The notes below the pieces were generated by a model. The model had not been told where the DNA came from, searched no databases, and was given only the letters and a program-made list of their open reading frames with translations. The position numbers were made by a program, and so were the translations under genes. A stretch of DNA of 63,455 bases, filler included, from Stramenopiles sp. TOSAG23-3 (lineage: Eukaryota): assembly GCA_900128585.1 (NCBI GenBank). It is 5 parts of 5 records of this genome, joined end to end, with 100 filler letters (N's around TTAATTAATTAA, not from the genome) between each part and the next. Parts side by side here need not be neighbours in the genome. Positions count along the whole stretch, not along the records: positions 19,820 to 39,520 come from LT642393.1; positions 39,621 to 59,300 come from LT642394.1; 3 more parts are not named here. One strand, 5' to 3'. Positions 33,530-46,900 of the stretch are shown here, one piece after another (within the stretch, counting starts at the first letter, position 1; the number at the start of each line of letters is the position of its first letter).

Positions 33530-35809
33530 ATGCCCCCTCGTGCAAGCAGACGGCAGCGCGCGTTCTGTTATGCGCTGGTTTTGTGCTACGGAGTGTCGTT
33601 GCTTGCTTTTCAAACAAAAGCGGTAGGGTTCAAGAAGGGTGGCAGCAGCATTCCGGAAAAACATGGCTGTGGGAGCAACGCAGCGGCAAATAGGTGCTCT
33701 GCAGGTCGCTTTCGGGCGCCCAGCGACCTCTCGCAGCACTCCCTTGAAACCCACGCAATCGCTCCGGAGGGAACCCTAGGGGGCCAAAAACGGAGCAGCG
33801 CACCGCCCAATATCGTAATGGTCGTCCTGGATGACGTGGGATGGGCGGGAATAAAGGGCTACAACGAGGACATAGTTGGCAACAACCCCCACTCCTACCC
33901 ACACACACCAAATTTTGATGCCGCCATTGCTGGCGGAATAAAGTTGAAAAACCTCTACGTCCAGCCCATGTGTTCTCCCACTCGGGCTGCCGTGATGACC
34001 GGGCGGTACCCGCATCGGTACGGGGCGCAAACGTTCGTCCAACGGCCTTACCAGCCAACGTTTTTACCAGACGACGAGACGACGGTTGCAGACAAGCTGG
34101 TCGGGGGTGGTTACTCTACTGCTTTGGTTGGCAAGTGGCATTTAGGGTATGGGCTGAGGAAGTACACCCCTACCAGTCGCGGCTTCCAACGCTTTTTTGG
34201 AAGCTACGAGGTTGGGGGCGACCATTACAACCATACCGTCGGGCCGGACACGCACGCGATGGGCCAACTGTTTACCATGCCAGAGGGATACCAGCAAACG
34301 TTAGACCTTCATCGCGAATACAGCAGGGCGGGGCGGATGCAAGAATCGCACGAGTTTGTAACTACGGAGCGAGGAGTGTACTCGTCGGAGCTTTTCTCTA
34401 GAGAGTCCGTGGACGAAATTAACAGGCACGCGGCGTTCAACGCGAAATTGGCCGGCCACGCCCCGCGGAAGTCCTTGTTTTTGTACGTGGCCTACACCAC
34501 AATACACACGCCGCTGCAAGTCGACCAACGGTACATAAACATGAACTTGCACCTGAAAGCCGACGAAGGGGAGGAAGGCTGCAGCATGGAGCGTTTAATC
34601 AACGCGGGGATGATGTCGGCGATGGACGAAGGGTTTGGGAAGATTGTAAAGGCGTTGCGGGCACACGACATGTGGGACAACACCGTTGTCATTCTATTCT
34701 CCGATAACGGCGGAATGATATCCCAGGGCGCGTCAAACTTTCCCCTCCGGGGGTTGAAAATGGGCCCGTTCGAAGGTGGTATCAGGAGCGTGGCGGTAGT
34801 GTCAGGCGGCCACCCCGACGTCGTCCACGCCGCGGGTTCGACGTCGAACGCCATGCTGCACGCCGTGGACATTCATACGATAATTTTGCACCTGGCTGGA
34901 GTTTCCGAAACGTCAGCAAGGGAGGGCCTGCCGCCCAAGAAATTGGATGCCCACGCAGGCGGTCGGCTGTGGCAGAGCATTACGTCGGCAGACCGTATAG
35001 CGTCGCCTCGCACAGAGTTCGTGGCACTGCTGGACCCGATTGGAAACTTTCCTTCGCTCAATAGGGCGGCGGGGTGGACCCTGCTGGGAAAGTGCTCCTC
35101 TATCCGGGTGGGAAAGTACAAATTAATTGTGGGCATGCCAGGTCGCGACGACTGGTTCCCGGTGGAAGTGAAGAAATGTTTCAAGGAATTGAAGCACGAA
35201 GGGACAACCTTTGAGATACCGCTAGAAAACAAAGATTGCGTTCGAGGGGATTTTCGGTACGAAAATGTAAATAAAGGACTGCCATACAAAGATATCTGGC
35301 TGTTTGACATAGAAAAGGACCCTTGGGAGAGAAACGATCTTTCCGCGTCTCACCCGGACGTTGTCAACCGTTTGAAAAGTAAGATTGAAGTTGAGCTCGC
35401 TCGTAGTGTCAACCCGCTCCCGGACCGGTGGGCGAACATAGCGGCGATGATGGCCGGTATTTACCACACGCCGACGCCAGGCGGAGGCTACGAAGCGGGG
35501 CTCGCATCTTGGCAAGAACCGGAGCACTTGGCCCAAGTTAATTTCTTGCGACGTGCATGGAGTTGGGTACGTATAAAAGGGTTCGAAGCGGGGATGATCG
35601 TCCTGGGGAGGGGGCAAGTTCATAAGACTGCTGCGTCCTCGGAGGGCGTTCGGTTTGCCGATGATGACGAACGCATAGAAGCAGCGATGAGGGTGGCGTT
35701 TGGCCTTGAAAAAGGACAAGAATTTACGAAAGAGCAGGGCGACTACATTGTTGCACAGCTTATTAAAATAGAAGCTTCCGCTGGTCAAATGTACACGGGA
35801 AAATTGTGA
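33530..35809 (+). CDS. Arylsulfatase (formylglycine-dependent, ARSB-like), N-terminal signal or anchor
   Basis: PNIVMVVLDDVGW, CSPTR, VGKWHLG, HTPLQ, FSDNGG, FEGGIR. Confidence 0.93.
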   Translation: MPPRASRRQRAFCYALVLCYGVSLLAFQTKAVGFKKGGSSIPEKHGCGSNAAANRCSAGRFRAPSDLSQHSLETHAIAPEGTLGGQKRSSAPPNIVMVVLDDVGWAGIKGYNEDIVGNNPHSYPHTPNFDAAIAGGIKLKNLYVQPMCSPTRAAVMTGRYPHRYGAQTFVQRPYQPTFLPDDETTVADKLVGGGYSTALVGKWHLGYGLRKYTPTSRGFQRFFGSYEVGGDHYNHTVGPDTHAMGQLFTMPEGYQQTLDLHREYSRAGRMQESHEFVTTERGVYSSELFSRESVDEINRHAAFNAKLAGHAPRKSLFLYVAYTTIHTPLQVDQRYINMNLHLKADEGEEGCSMERLINAGMMSAMDEGFGKIVKALRAHDMWDNTVVILFSDNGGMISQGASNFPLRGLKMGPFEGGIRSVAVVSGGHPDVVHAAGSTSNAMLHAVDIHTIILHLAGVSETSAREGLPPKKLDAHAGGRLWQSITSADRIASPRTEFVALLDPIGNFPSLNRAAGWTLLGKCSSIRVGKYKLIVGMPGRDDWFPVEVKKCFKELKHEGTTFEIPLENKDCVRGDFRYENVNKGLPYKDIWLFDIEKDPWERNDLSASHPDVVNRLKSKIEVELARSVNPLPDRWANIAAMMAGIYHTPTPGGGYEAGLASWQEPEHLAQVNFLRRAWSWVRIKGFEAGMIVLGRGQVHKTAASSEGVRFADDDERIEAAMRVAFGLEKGQEFTKEQGDYIVAQLIKIEASAGQMYTGKL

Positions 35810-36887
35810 AGGTAATACATAAAACATAAAGTTTTAAAATTTCGTATCGAATGAATAATTACCTAAAAAATAAATGAAGTCAAAAGGCCTAATAATTACA
35901 CACATCATATAGTGCCAATAATTTTACAATAGGGATAAAATAACTAGACAATATACTATTTAAATAATAGGAAGTATATAGGGTTATAGATTATTGAGGT
36001 ACGAGGCGAGGGAAATAAAATAAAAAAATGTTCGGTTTCAAAAAAATGAAGGCGGAGAACAGAAGTTTCATCCAAGAAAGGGATTTGCAAGAAGAGGCGT
36101 AATAGCCGTAATACAATGGTTTAAAAAATTGAATAAATTATTTATAAAAATGAGGAAGGCACGATCGGGGTGCTATTCTTATATACGTAATAGTTAACTT
36201 ATTAATTATCTTATATTTACACGCACACACAGAAGATATATTAAAATATTATTATAGCTGTATTAAGGTAGCACAACTAGATCTCAGAGAGCATCTCACA
36301 TCTCACCGTACCTATAAAATACAACTCTTTTGCATAAATATACATTTAAGGTAAAAATACATTATAATTTAAATATTAATATAATGATAATATATAACAT
36401 TAATTATTATTTTAATAATATACCTTAATATACTCCGATTTGTATTCTTTTCGATTTTAATTGAAGCAATTTTTTTATTTGGTTCCTTGGTATTCATATA
36501 CTCTTCCTTCTGTGTGGTTAAATTATTTTTTTGTTTGGGAAAAGATAAAGGCTCAAGCCGATGCTGTGTAATGCTGTAAAACAGTGAAGAAGAAGATTGA
36601 GAAAGAAGAATTTGCCTTGGGGATGTTGATGGGCATTCCTGAGGAAAGCTAGCCTGTGTAGTTGTTTTAGTATTTAGAAGAAAGAGGAGGAGTCCACTTG
36701 TCTTGTCTGTGAGAATGTTGATCTAAATGTACACTGTATTCTATTCTCAAGAATTGAAAGAAAACCCATGACGATTGTAAAGTTCTTTCAGATAAAGAAT
36801 CTAACAGTAAAGTTAGTTACACTTGAAACGAATTCAATCCACTGATTTACTGAACGAAACCACCAAAACAAATTATACACCATTATT

Positions 36888-39520
36888 ATGAAGCTCTCTA
36901 CGGTACTTCTGCTGTTCGCTCTGAGCTTCGTCTGCGCTGCAGCCAACAAAAGGTTCGACAAGTTCAAAAAGAACGGGGCATGTTCACCTCCCACTGTCGA
37001 GAAATTGTACACTGATTGCATGAAAACGGCAGGGCAAACGAGCGCAACCGCCGCAACTGCCAAGTGCAGAACTGATCTGAAAGACAAACTAGAGACTTGT
37101 CACGGAAAAACTCCCGACGACTTTATGGTTGACGGAGTAATTAAGAAGGCAATACAGCACGCGAACGAGGAGTGCAAAAGCAATTGCGACGAGCTGGACA
37201 AACATTTGAGGGCGTCGGACAAAGGGCGAACCGACCAAGAAAAGAGAAGGGAAGAGATTGAAAAAAAGGCCGGGGCCGGGAAAAAGACCGCAGACAAGGT
37301 CACATCCTGCATGGAAGTGTGCAAACCGTCGTGCACGGAAATCCAAAAGCAGAACTGCACCGGCGACGTAGCAAAGAAAGCGCTGAAGGACGTGTTGGGG
37401 CGGGAACCCGAGGACTGGGAAGTAAAGGAAAACGTTGATAAGGGCGCACGGACCGAAGCAGGCAATTTGATGAAAGAATGTTATACGTTAGCTACCAACG
37501 ATCAGGAGAGAAAAGCTTGTGGCAGCGACACGGAAATTCTGAATGCATGCAAGCAAGCCCGCGGTGGTGAAGCCTGTTCAACCGATGACTTGAAGAAAGG
37601 CGCCCGCGACGTGGCTAAAAAGGACATCGATGAAATGATGAACGCATGCGTTTCTGGTAAGGCTTCGAAGGAAAGCAAGAAGAAGTGCCGCACGGACAAT
37701 ATGGAGGATCTGAAAGAAAAAGTTGCCAATGCCATGGGAAAAGACAAGTCGAAGGTAAAGGAATCGGACGTTCAAAAAGTTCTTGATGAGGCAGCGCGTG
37801 ATGCATTTGCTGAGGCCATGAAAGCCTGCGGGGCCAGCGCCGACAGGAAGGAGTGCCAAAGCGATGCAAAAAAAGCAATGGCGGACGCCAGAGGCGAAGA
37901 CGAAGCGGACATTAAGGAAGTGGACATAAAGCGTGAGAGCAGGAAAGCACAAGCAAAAAATCTTGCGACGGAAATGGAAGCCTGCATGGACCTGGCCGAA
38001 AAAAAATCTGGCGACACCGCGAAGACCACCGCGCGCGGGAAATGTAGCACTGAATCGGCGAAGGAGGCTCTGAAGAGAGGTTCGTTGGACGGCAAGGCTC
38101 CTACCGACAAAGAGGTAAAAGAGTTCCAAAACATGGCCGCAAAGGAAGCCATGCGTGATGCCCGCGAAAACTGCGAAGGGGATTGTGACAAGAAAGTAAA
38201 GGCTGCGATGGCGAAGGCCCTTGGAAAGAAATCGGAGGATATTACAACATTTGACCACCGGAAATTTGAAGAAGAAGCCGCCATTGCCTCCGTGGCAGAT
38301 GAATTTCGCGCGTGCGCCAAAGCCAAGAAAGACAAGAGCACTGCGGAGTGTAAGGATCCACTTGCAGCATTTGCAGAATCGTCGGGAAGGGAAGAACCCA
38401 CGGACATCAAGAAAAAGGAAACTTTCAAAAAAGAGCTTGCCAAAAAGGTGGTTCAGGATGCCGAAAAAGAGTCCGTCCGTGCGTGCATGAAGGAATCGAC
38501 AAAAACGAAGGTCCAGGACTGCTTGAAAGAGGCCAAATCAGACGTGGACAATGTTGCCAGCGTTGCGTTCGAAGGCGAGACGGCAGACAAGATCCAGAAA
38601 AAGAAGAAGCAGGCCGAGAAAAAAGCCTCCGAGTCCGCGCTTGGAGATGAATTCCGAGACTGCATGGAAGCCGCAAGCACCGATAACGCGAAGAAAACAG
38701 CTTGCAAGACTGACGTGGAGAGCAAGAAAGAGCTTCTCGGGGTAAACACTCCCATCAAGCACGTTCTGAAAAGCTACCGCGCCGACTTGCTGCTCTCGCC
38801 CTCAGACAGTTGCAACAGTACGGAAATAAAATCTTGCCGTCAGAATGCCAAAGCCGAGGCCATCAAAAATGGCATGGAAGCGCGGGCGTACGCCCAGACG
38901 AAGAAGATCGCCGAAGTGAAGGGGGCCGCCGAAAAGTTCGCATCCTGCAGAGATGGCGGAAACGTCGAAAGCGATTGCAGCGACCAAGCAAAGGAGACGT
39001 ATCTATCAATTAGCGGCGCAAAAGCTGATTCATACAAGGACAAAGTGAAGACTCGAATCGAAGATCTCGGGAAAAAAATATTCAAAGGAGACGTCACGAA
39101 GCTTGTGGACAAAGAGGCCGTTACGGTAACCGTTGAGACCAATGGCGGAGCTTGCAACGACGGTGTTAAAACAGCTTTCAAGGACGAGGTTAAGAAACAT
39201 GTTGGCGATGGAGCAAGTAGCACAACAGACACGAAAAAACTTCAACAGGTCGCAAAAGACGTGGACTGCCGCGTTGTTGATGACAAAGCGGAATACGCCG
39301 TGTCTGTGGACGCGAAAGGCGTATCCTCCGATGACATTGGAACTGCAAGCGGTGATTTGTCCACAAAGCTCAGCAGCAAAGCCTACATTACCTCGAGGAG
39401 AGTTCGAAGGTTGCTTAACACTCAAACAACCACCGGCGCTTATGCTGACCAAGAAACCACCATGTGTTCTGAATCCGATACAGAATGTACTGGGGAATCA
39501 GCAGAAGTCGAAGTAAGTTC
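36888..39520 (+). CDS. Secreted Lys/Ala/Cys-rich helical repeat protein, 3' truncated
   Basis: Signal peptide MKLSTVLLLFALSFVCAAA; recurring C-x(5-12)-C pairs; RRVRRLL motif; possible GTAAGT donor at 39513. Confidence 0.8.
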
Positions 39521-39620
39521 NNNNNNNNNNNNNNNNNNNNNNNNNNNNNNNNNNNNNNNNNNNNTTAATTAATTAANNNNNNNNNNNNNNNNNNNNNNNN
39601 NNNNNNNNNNNNNNNNNNNN
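39521..39620. other. Artificial contig linker
   Basis: 44 N, TTAATTAATTAA, 44 N. Confidence 0.97.
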
Positions 39621-40961
39621 AAGGCTACACGGTCCCAGACGGTAACGTGACGAAGAAAACCCCGATTGGAAATTTGATTGTTCACGAGTACAAAAAACCT
39701 TCATCGGTTCAGCCTCTCTTATTATCATAGGATGGAATTTTATTATTTTAACTAAACTCATTTAGTTATTATTATAGTATTTGAATTTATTATAATATAA
39801 TAATATGATACTTAGAATACTACAATGTGTAGTAAAATAGCAAAAACAACAAGAACGAGTCAAAGTCAGAAGTTAAAGTGGTGGACGTGACGTGTGTGTG
39901 TGTATTTATTTTTTCTGAGAAACAACGAACAAGAGGCGGAAAATCCCCACTTCTCACAGTAATAATAATACCAAGTAAGGAGCAGCCCAAAGTTGAGTTG
40001 GATGGGATGTGCCGAGGGGATCGGATAAATCACATACTGTCCTGATAAAATATTCAAGCGGATCGGATATAGAAGCAGGCAAGAAAGAAATTTATTTGAG
40101 AGCTATTATCCCTACAGGTACTTCGTACAGTAGTCCTCGTAGTCGTCTATTATTTCATTGTATAGATTCGGTATGTACTTTCAATTCGTTCTTCGGTTTT
40201 TTTTTCATATTTATTATTATTGTTCTTCCTATTTTTTGCATTTTTGAGTACAGCCTTTTGTATTTATAGCTTCACGATAGATGACTGTACGAACGAACTG
40301 GCGATAACTGACAAAACTGGAGGGTGCAGCTGATATTAATTAGTAAACGATAGCACACACAGTGTACGTTGATGAAACAGACACATCATACATTATTGTG
40401 CGTTACGGTTGAGAATCCCTTTTAAGTTAAATACAAAGCGCACGGCAGAAGCAAAATGGAAACAGAAAAAAAACACTCAATTAGCAAGAAAAACAATGCT
40501 CTGTAGTCTTCATGGTTTTCATACTGCTACTTGTAGTGAAGGTTCAAAAACGTCCCTTTAACAAGATGAGTTCCTGTATTACACCACACAAGGTGTCCGA
40601 CTGTTTCATCCTACCTGCGTTAGTGGGGATTAACAGTCGAATATCAAAAATGATTTTTGATAACATGCACGTAGCAGCATCACAAGGGGGGATTTTTGAA
40701 GAAGAGATTGCAGTCTTCCTCTTTGCTGTTAAACAATATTATCGTTAGAATTTATAATCCAGAGATACTAGCATTGTCTCTCTCTCGAGTTTAAATATTG
40801 TTGATACAGCTATCTGGGAGAAGGCACACGACAGAGTTGCACAAGCCGTACCGTACTGATGAGCAGGCAATACTCGAAAATACCGAACTCGCGGAGCTAT
40901 TTGTAAAACGTTGTTACAATAGCCTTTATTGAACCGTATCTGCACACCACTCAACTAAAGT

Positions 40962-43900
40962 ATGAGCAAGTGGGCAACAAAAAGAGAAGGCAAGGACGAT
41001 GCAGGCGGCGGGAAAAGTGGCTTGTCCAAGTCGCTCAACCTGTCCCTGCTGAAGAAACCTTCGTCTGGTGCTGCTAAATCGACCGTTGATGCATACAAGT
41101 GGGACTTGTCATCCCCAGCTGTATCCAGGATGCCAAAGAGCCCCGAGGAAAGAAGGCGCCGGGCAAAGTATATGGCTATGGCTGATGAAGGGAAGAAGGC
41201 TGGCGAAAAAGAAGATCGGAGCGGCGGTTCCTTAGAGCCCAAAGTCTTTGTCCCGTACGTGACGAGACCAGGGCACACCCCTCGGCGCGTTGCAGTCGAA
41301 CGGAAGCGCCAATTCTACGCGTCTCAGGATTTGACTCGTATTTTACAAGACCATGGAGTTACTAGCGAAACGATGGTTCAGACAGGCTTGGATGAAAACG
41401 TCCCTATGCAGGACTTGAACAACGTTCTGCCGCTTACACTCTTTGACGACGACACCTATGAGCAGTACCAGCCGACCGAGTGGATAATGCTCGGCGCCGG
41501 AAACGTGCCCGCAAAGACTATGTTCGCGGGGGAATGGGTGGCCTGCACTGTAAAAAGCTACGACGACGCAACCAGTTTGTTTCAAATCGAAATCAACGGG
41601 GCGCAAGATAATAGAACGAGGCTGGAAATTTGTTTCGACGTAGAGGACCCCTTTCAATTTGCCAAGCGCCTCGCAGCCGCGAGTGCCGGGCGCAAGTTAG
41701 CGGAAGGCCTGATTCGGTACAATTTATACGTCGATTGCATGCCTACAGACGATGTCGCGGATTTGGATTCGGAGCAAGTGAACCGAATCGTAAAGATTGC
41801 GCTGCACAGCCGAGCTTTACAACAAAGCGAGAATGACACTTCACAGCTTCTCAACGAAATTCACATGGACTACGCAAGGACAATGAACAAGATTGTTTTT
41901 GATGCCAATTTAAAGGGGGGTTCTGAAGCTACCATGATGGGAGACCTGCAGCTCCCAGAACAGCTGCCGGCAAACCCACCGCCGCAGTTTGGATGTCTTC
42001 AGCTGCCGGAGTCAAATTTTTCGCAAAAATTTTCCAGTTTTGCATTTAGCTCGTTTTTAACCAAAGAAGAGGTGATCGATGCCTTGCAAGGGGTTCAGCA
42101 GGAGTGCAACGCCATAAAGAAAGTTAAATTCTTTAACACCACGAACCGAAAGAGTCTGAACCTCGAAGAATTTCAGGTGGCTCAAAGCCAAGCACTCAAG
42201 ATCAGTGGTCGGAAGATCAAGGAAGACTGGACGAGTGGGGTTGTGTCCCATATTAGGACAAGCTTGCAGTCTTGCGGCAAGGGGCACTTCAACATTTACG
42301 AAAGCAAAAACGACGTGTACAAGCACTCGAAGCTTAAGAAGCTGATGCAGCGTGTCAATTTCTTAATGCAAAGCTCCTTGCAGAATGTCGTGCGCGACTC
42401 TGTCAAACTATACGGCGATTTTATAAAATTGGCCATGGATGCAGAGGTGAAGCTTATAGATATCAAAACTGCCGTTAATGATTTTATTCGTGACAGTACT
42501 TTGAGCAGCGATGCATGGGATGTGGCCAATACACTCGAAGGGTTGAAGCGCCCTCCCGCTCTCTTCTTTTTGGAAGTGCAGCCTACAGCGGAGCCGATTT
42601 GCTTGAACCAGGCGGAGGTCGATGAAGCCGCAGCAGCGATTAAAGCATGGAAGCCTCCCAAGGACGACAAGAACGCGAAATGCCCAATTCAGCGAGTCGC
42701 TGCAGAAATGGGGCGGATATTCGAATACACCACTCCCCTGGAAAGCTACGGTAAAGTCATAATGGTGGCCCTGGACAACGTGCTGAACGAGATGGGCAAA
42801 ATTGAACAAACGGAAAAGCTTCTTATGGACCGTTTGTTTTGGAGCAGCACTCCAACGCTGCAGTCCATCAGCCCGAACGAAGACGAGATTGTTAATTTGC
42901 GGAATGAAATTCAGGCGAAAATTGACGAGTGCTTGAAGCACCCCATTGCTTACCTCAAATTTCTTAACCACAAAAAGGATTACAGAAAATCGGAGTACAT
43001 CAAGTTTTTAAACATTGACGAGGCAGCCATAATGGAGAAAATCACCCCTGAAACCCCAGAAGACATTGACCTTGCAGCGTGCAAGAAAGTAATTGATTAC
43101 CATACGCTCCAAGCAAATAAGTACAAAGACAAACTTCCAGATTTTGCTGTTCGCTTGGGTATGTTTACATGCAACCTCGCATCTATCCGAACCACGCTGG
43201 TCAAGAAGCACCTTAATATCGCTGCCCAAGCTACCGCTCTGATTGCCAAATGCAACAAGTCAAATGGAGCAAGCATTGTCAAGAAGTACGAACAAATTCG
43301 TAAGCGCTTGCAACAAATTCCTACCGACGTTGAAGACGTCGCTTCGATGAATGAATTCATCGAAGGAATTTCAGCCGAAATGAACCAGTTTGGTCCCAAC
43401 CTTGTTGCCATTAACGAAGCATGCAGAATTTTGGATGGTTACGGCGTGAAGGACGCCGAGCAGTTTAGCATGAAGTGGAAAATTATAGGTTGGCCAAAGA
43501 AAATCTTTATTCAAGTGGAGTCCACCGAACAGGTCCAGTCTGAGAAGAAAATGGAGTATGCAGCAGAAATGGAAGACGAGCAGGTCATCTTCGAGCAAAC
43601 ACTTATATCATTGGAGCAAGAGTGCGCACAATTTCAAGGCTATTCTGATGTAGGTCGAGTTCAAATGGTGGCAAAACACGTGAAGAGCTTGGACGAGAAA
43701 TTAAAAAAAGCAGAAGAAGACGCTCGAACGTTTAACTCCAGAGAGATCCTATTTGGTAGAGAACCAACCGAGTACACGAAGGTGAACGAAATCCGAAAAG
43801 AATTTACACCGTACCAGGGTTTGTGGAGCAATGTCTCCGATTGGCTACAATTTCACGAAGGCTGCATGACCGGGCCTTTCGATGAAGTTGACGGAATCAA

Positions 43901-46900
43901 CTTGGAAGATGTTGTCGATCGCTACTCCAAGGGAATCAACAAGGCGTATAAAACCTTTGAAAAAGCTGGCAACAAGGCATGCATGGATATTGCGTCTCAG
44001 ATAAAGTCTCAAATATCGGAATTCCAGCCACACACTCCATGGATTATGGCTCTCCGCAACCAAGGAATGCGCGAGAGGCATTGGACAGAACTCAGTGAAA
44101 AGATCGGCACAGAAATTAACCCAGAAAATGGGGACTTCACAATTCAAAAAGCGTTTGATCTGGAAATTTTCAATCACACGGAAGCCGTCCAAAAGGTCGG
44201 GGACAAGGCCGGCAAAGAAAACCAAATAGAGGTTAAATTAGACGAAATGGAAGCTGAGTGGGCAGAGATTGACCTTGATGTGGCCGTGTACAGGGAAACT
44301 GGAACATGCACACTGCGGGGGGTTGATGAGTTAATCGCTATCTTGGACGAACAGATAACAATGACCCAGGCGATGATGTTTAGCGCTTTCAAAGGACCTT
44401 TCGAAGAGAGGATCGAAGAATGGAACGTTAAATTGGCGACCGTTTCTGACGTCTTGGAGGAATGGATCAAAGTCCAGCGAAGTTGGATGTATTTACAGCC
44501 TATTTTTGAGAGTGATGACATCATGAAACAACTTCCACAGGAGTCGAAGCGATTTATTGCAGTCGATAAAAACTGGCGAGCAACGATGACTAACGCGCAG
44601 CGCAATCCAAATGCTCTAAAATTTTGCGCCAACGAAAAATTATTGATGATCTTTACTGAATCAAATAAGTTTCTTGACATGGTGCAGAAAGGCTTAAGCG
44701 ACTATTTGGAGACAAAGCGGAGCGTATTCGCGCGATTTTACTTCCTTTCAAATGACGAATTGTTGTCCATTTTGTCCGAGACGAAAGATGTCAGCTTAGT
44801 TCAACCCCATTTAAAGAAGTGTTACGAAGGCATTAATAAAGTCGTTTTCGGAGACAACAACATAATAGAGGCACTTGTATCTCGTGAGAAAGAGAAAATG
44901 CCATGTGCCACCCCCGTTGATCCTAACGGGAAAGGCGTCGAGTTCTGGATGTGCGAATTGGAAGATATGATGAAGATCAGCGTCCGAGAGTCCATTAAGG
45001 CGTGCATTGCGGACTATTTGGAGAAACCTCGTTCAGAGTGGATGCAGGTTTGGCCTGGAATGTGCATTATTAATGGGGGGCAGTTGCACTGGACAACAAA
45101 CATGGAACGCGAGATTGCAGCCCATGGCGCGAAAGGTGTCGAAATAGAACTTGCACGAGAAATTCAGCAGCTTGATGACATTATTATTTTAGTACGTGGC
45201 GGAAAATTGAGCAAGAATCAAAAAACCGCCATTGGAGCTTTGACGGTCATGGATGTGCACGCCCGTGATGTAGTCAAAAACATGGTTACACAAAAGGTGA
45301 GCTCAAAAAATGACTTTCTTTGGCTCAGTCAACTTCGATATTATTGGGAAGAAGACGACCAGTTGTTCTGGAGACCATTTGGTACTCACGATAACTTGTG
45401 GATCGAAATGGTTGCTTCCAAAAGATCGTATGGTTACGAGTACCTGGGCAACACGTTTCGTCTTGTCATCACGCCATTGACAGACAAATGCTACTTGACC
45501 CTTATGGGAGCACTGCAAATGATTTTGGGGGGAGCACCAGCAGGACCCGCCGGCACGGGAAAAACGGAAACGGTAAAGGATTTGGCCAAAGCGTTGGCGA
45601 AGCAGTGCGTTGTATTCAATTGTGGAGATGGTCTTGATTACTTGGCAATGGCGAAATTTTTCAAAGGTCTTGCAAGTTGTGGCGCATGGGCGTGTTTTGA
45701 TGAATTCAACCGTATTCACATTGAAGTACTTTCCGTTGTTGCACAGCAAATTATTACGTTGCAAAATGCATGTAAACTTGGATTGGAAAGGATTGATTTT
45801 GAAGGCTCCAACATTCGTATGGACGACGCATTTGCCGTTTATATTACAATGAACCCAGGATATGCCGGTAGGACTGAGCTCCCAGAAAACTTGGCAGCGT
45901 GCTTTCGACCGGTGGCTATGATGGTTCCTGACTATGCACTAATTGGGGAAATCATGCTTATAGCTTTCGGGTTCTCAAAGGCAAAAGAGTGTGGGGCAAA
46001 AATGGTTTCCACTTTCACACTTTGCTCCGAGCAGCTTAGTAACCAGTGTCACTATGATTACGGGATGCGTGCGGTAAAGACCGTCATTGTGGCTGCTGGT
46101 ACATTAAAAGGCCAAGAGCCCGAAGCTGAGGAGTTACAACTGCTTTTGCGTGCCTTGCAAGACGTCAATCTCCCTAAATTCCTGGCTCAAGATTTACCCC
46201 TGTTCGAAGGTATTATTTCTGATTTGTTTCCTGGTATTGCCAGGCCCGATATAGATTATGGGGCGCTGATGCAGGCTCTGCAAGTATGTACAGAGAGAGC
46301 AGGACTGCAAGGTGCGGCCTTCTTCCTGAGCAAAAATATCCAGCTGTTCGAGACGATCTGTGTAAGGCACGGTCTGATGGTTGTTGGACCAACCGGAGGC
46401 GGTAAATCAGAAAACATCGATGTTCTATCTGCTGCGTTAACGATGCTTTGCGACTCGGGTGTGGATACAAACCCAACAATGTATCAACATGTTAAGCACT
46501 TTAAACTTAACCCCAAAGCCATTACAATGAGCCAGTTGTATGGTGCATTTGACCCAAACACCCGTGAATTTATTGACGGCGTCTTGCCTAATTTGTATAG
46601 AAATGCGGCTGCTGACACCACCATGGACCGAAAATTTGTTCTTTTTGACGGGCCAGTTGATGCTATTTGGATCGAAAATATGAACACTGTGCTCGACGAC
46701 AACAAAAAGTTATGCCTGAACAGTGGAGAAATGCTTGGAATGTCTGACACAATGTCTATGATATTCGAAGTGAACGATTTAAGTGTGGCCAGCCCAGCCA
46801 CAGTGTCGCGATGTGGTATGGTTTACATGGAACCAGAATCGTTAACTCTGTCCCCATTGGTATTTTCGTGGATCGAAAGATTGCCGGAACTTTTGCCAGA

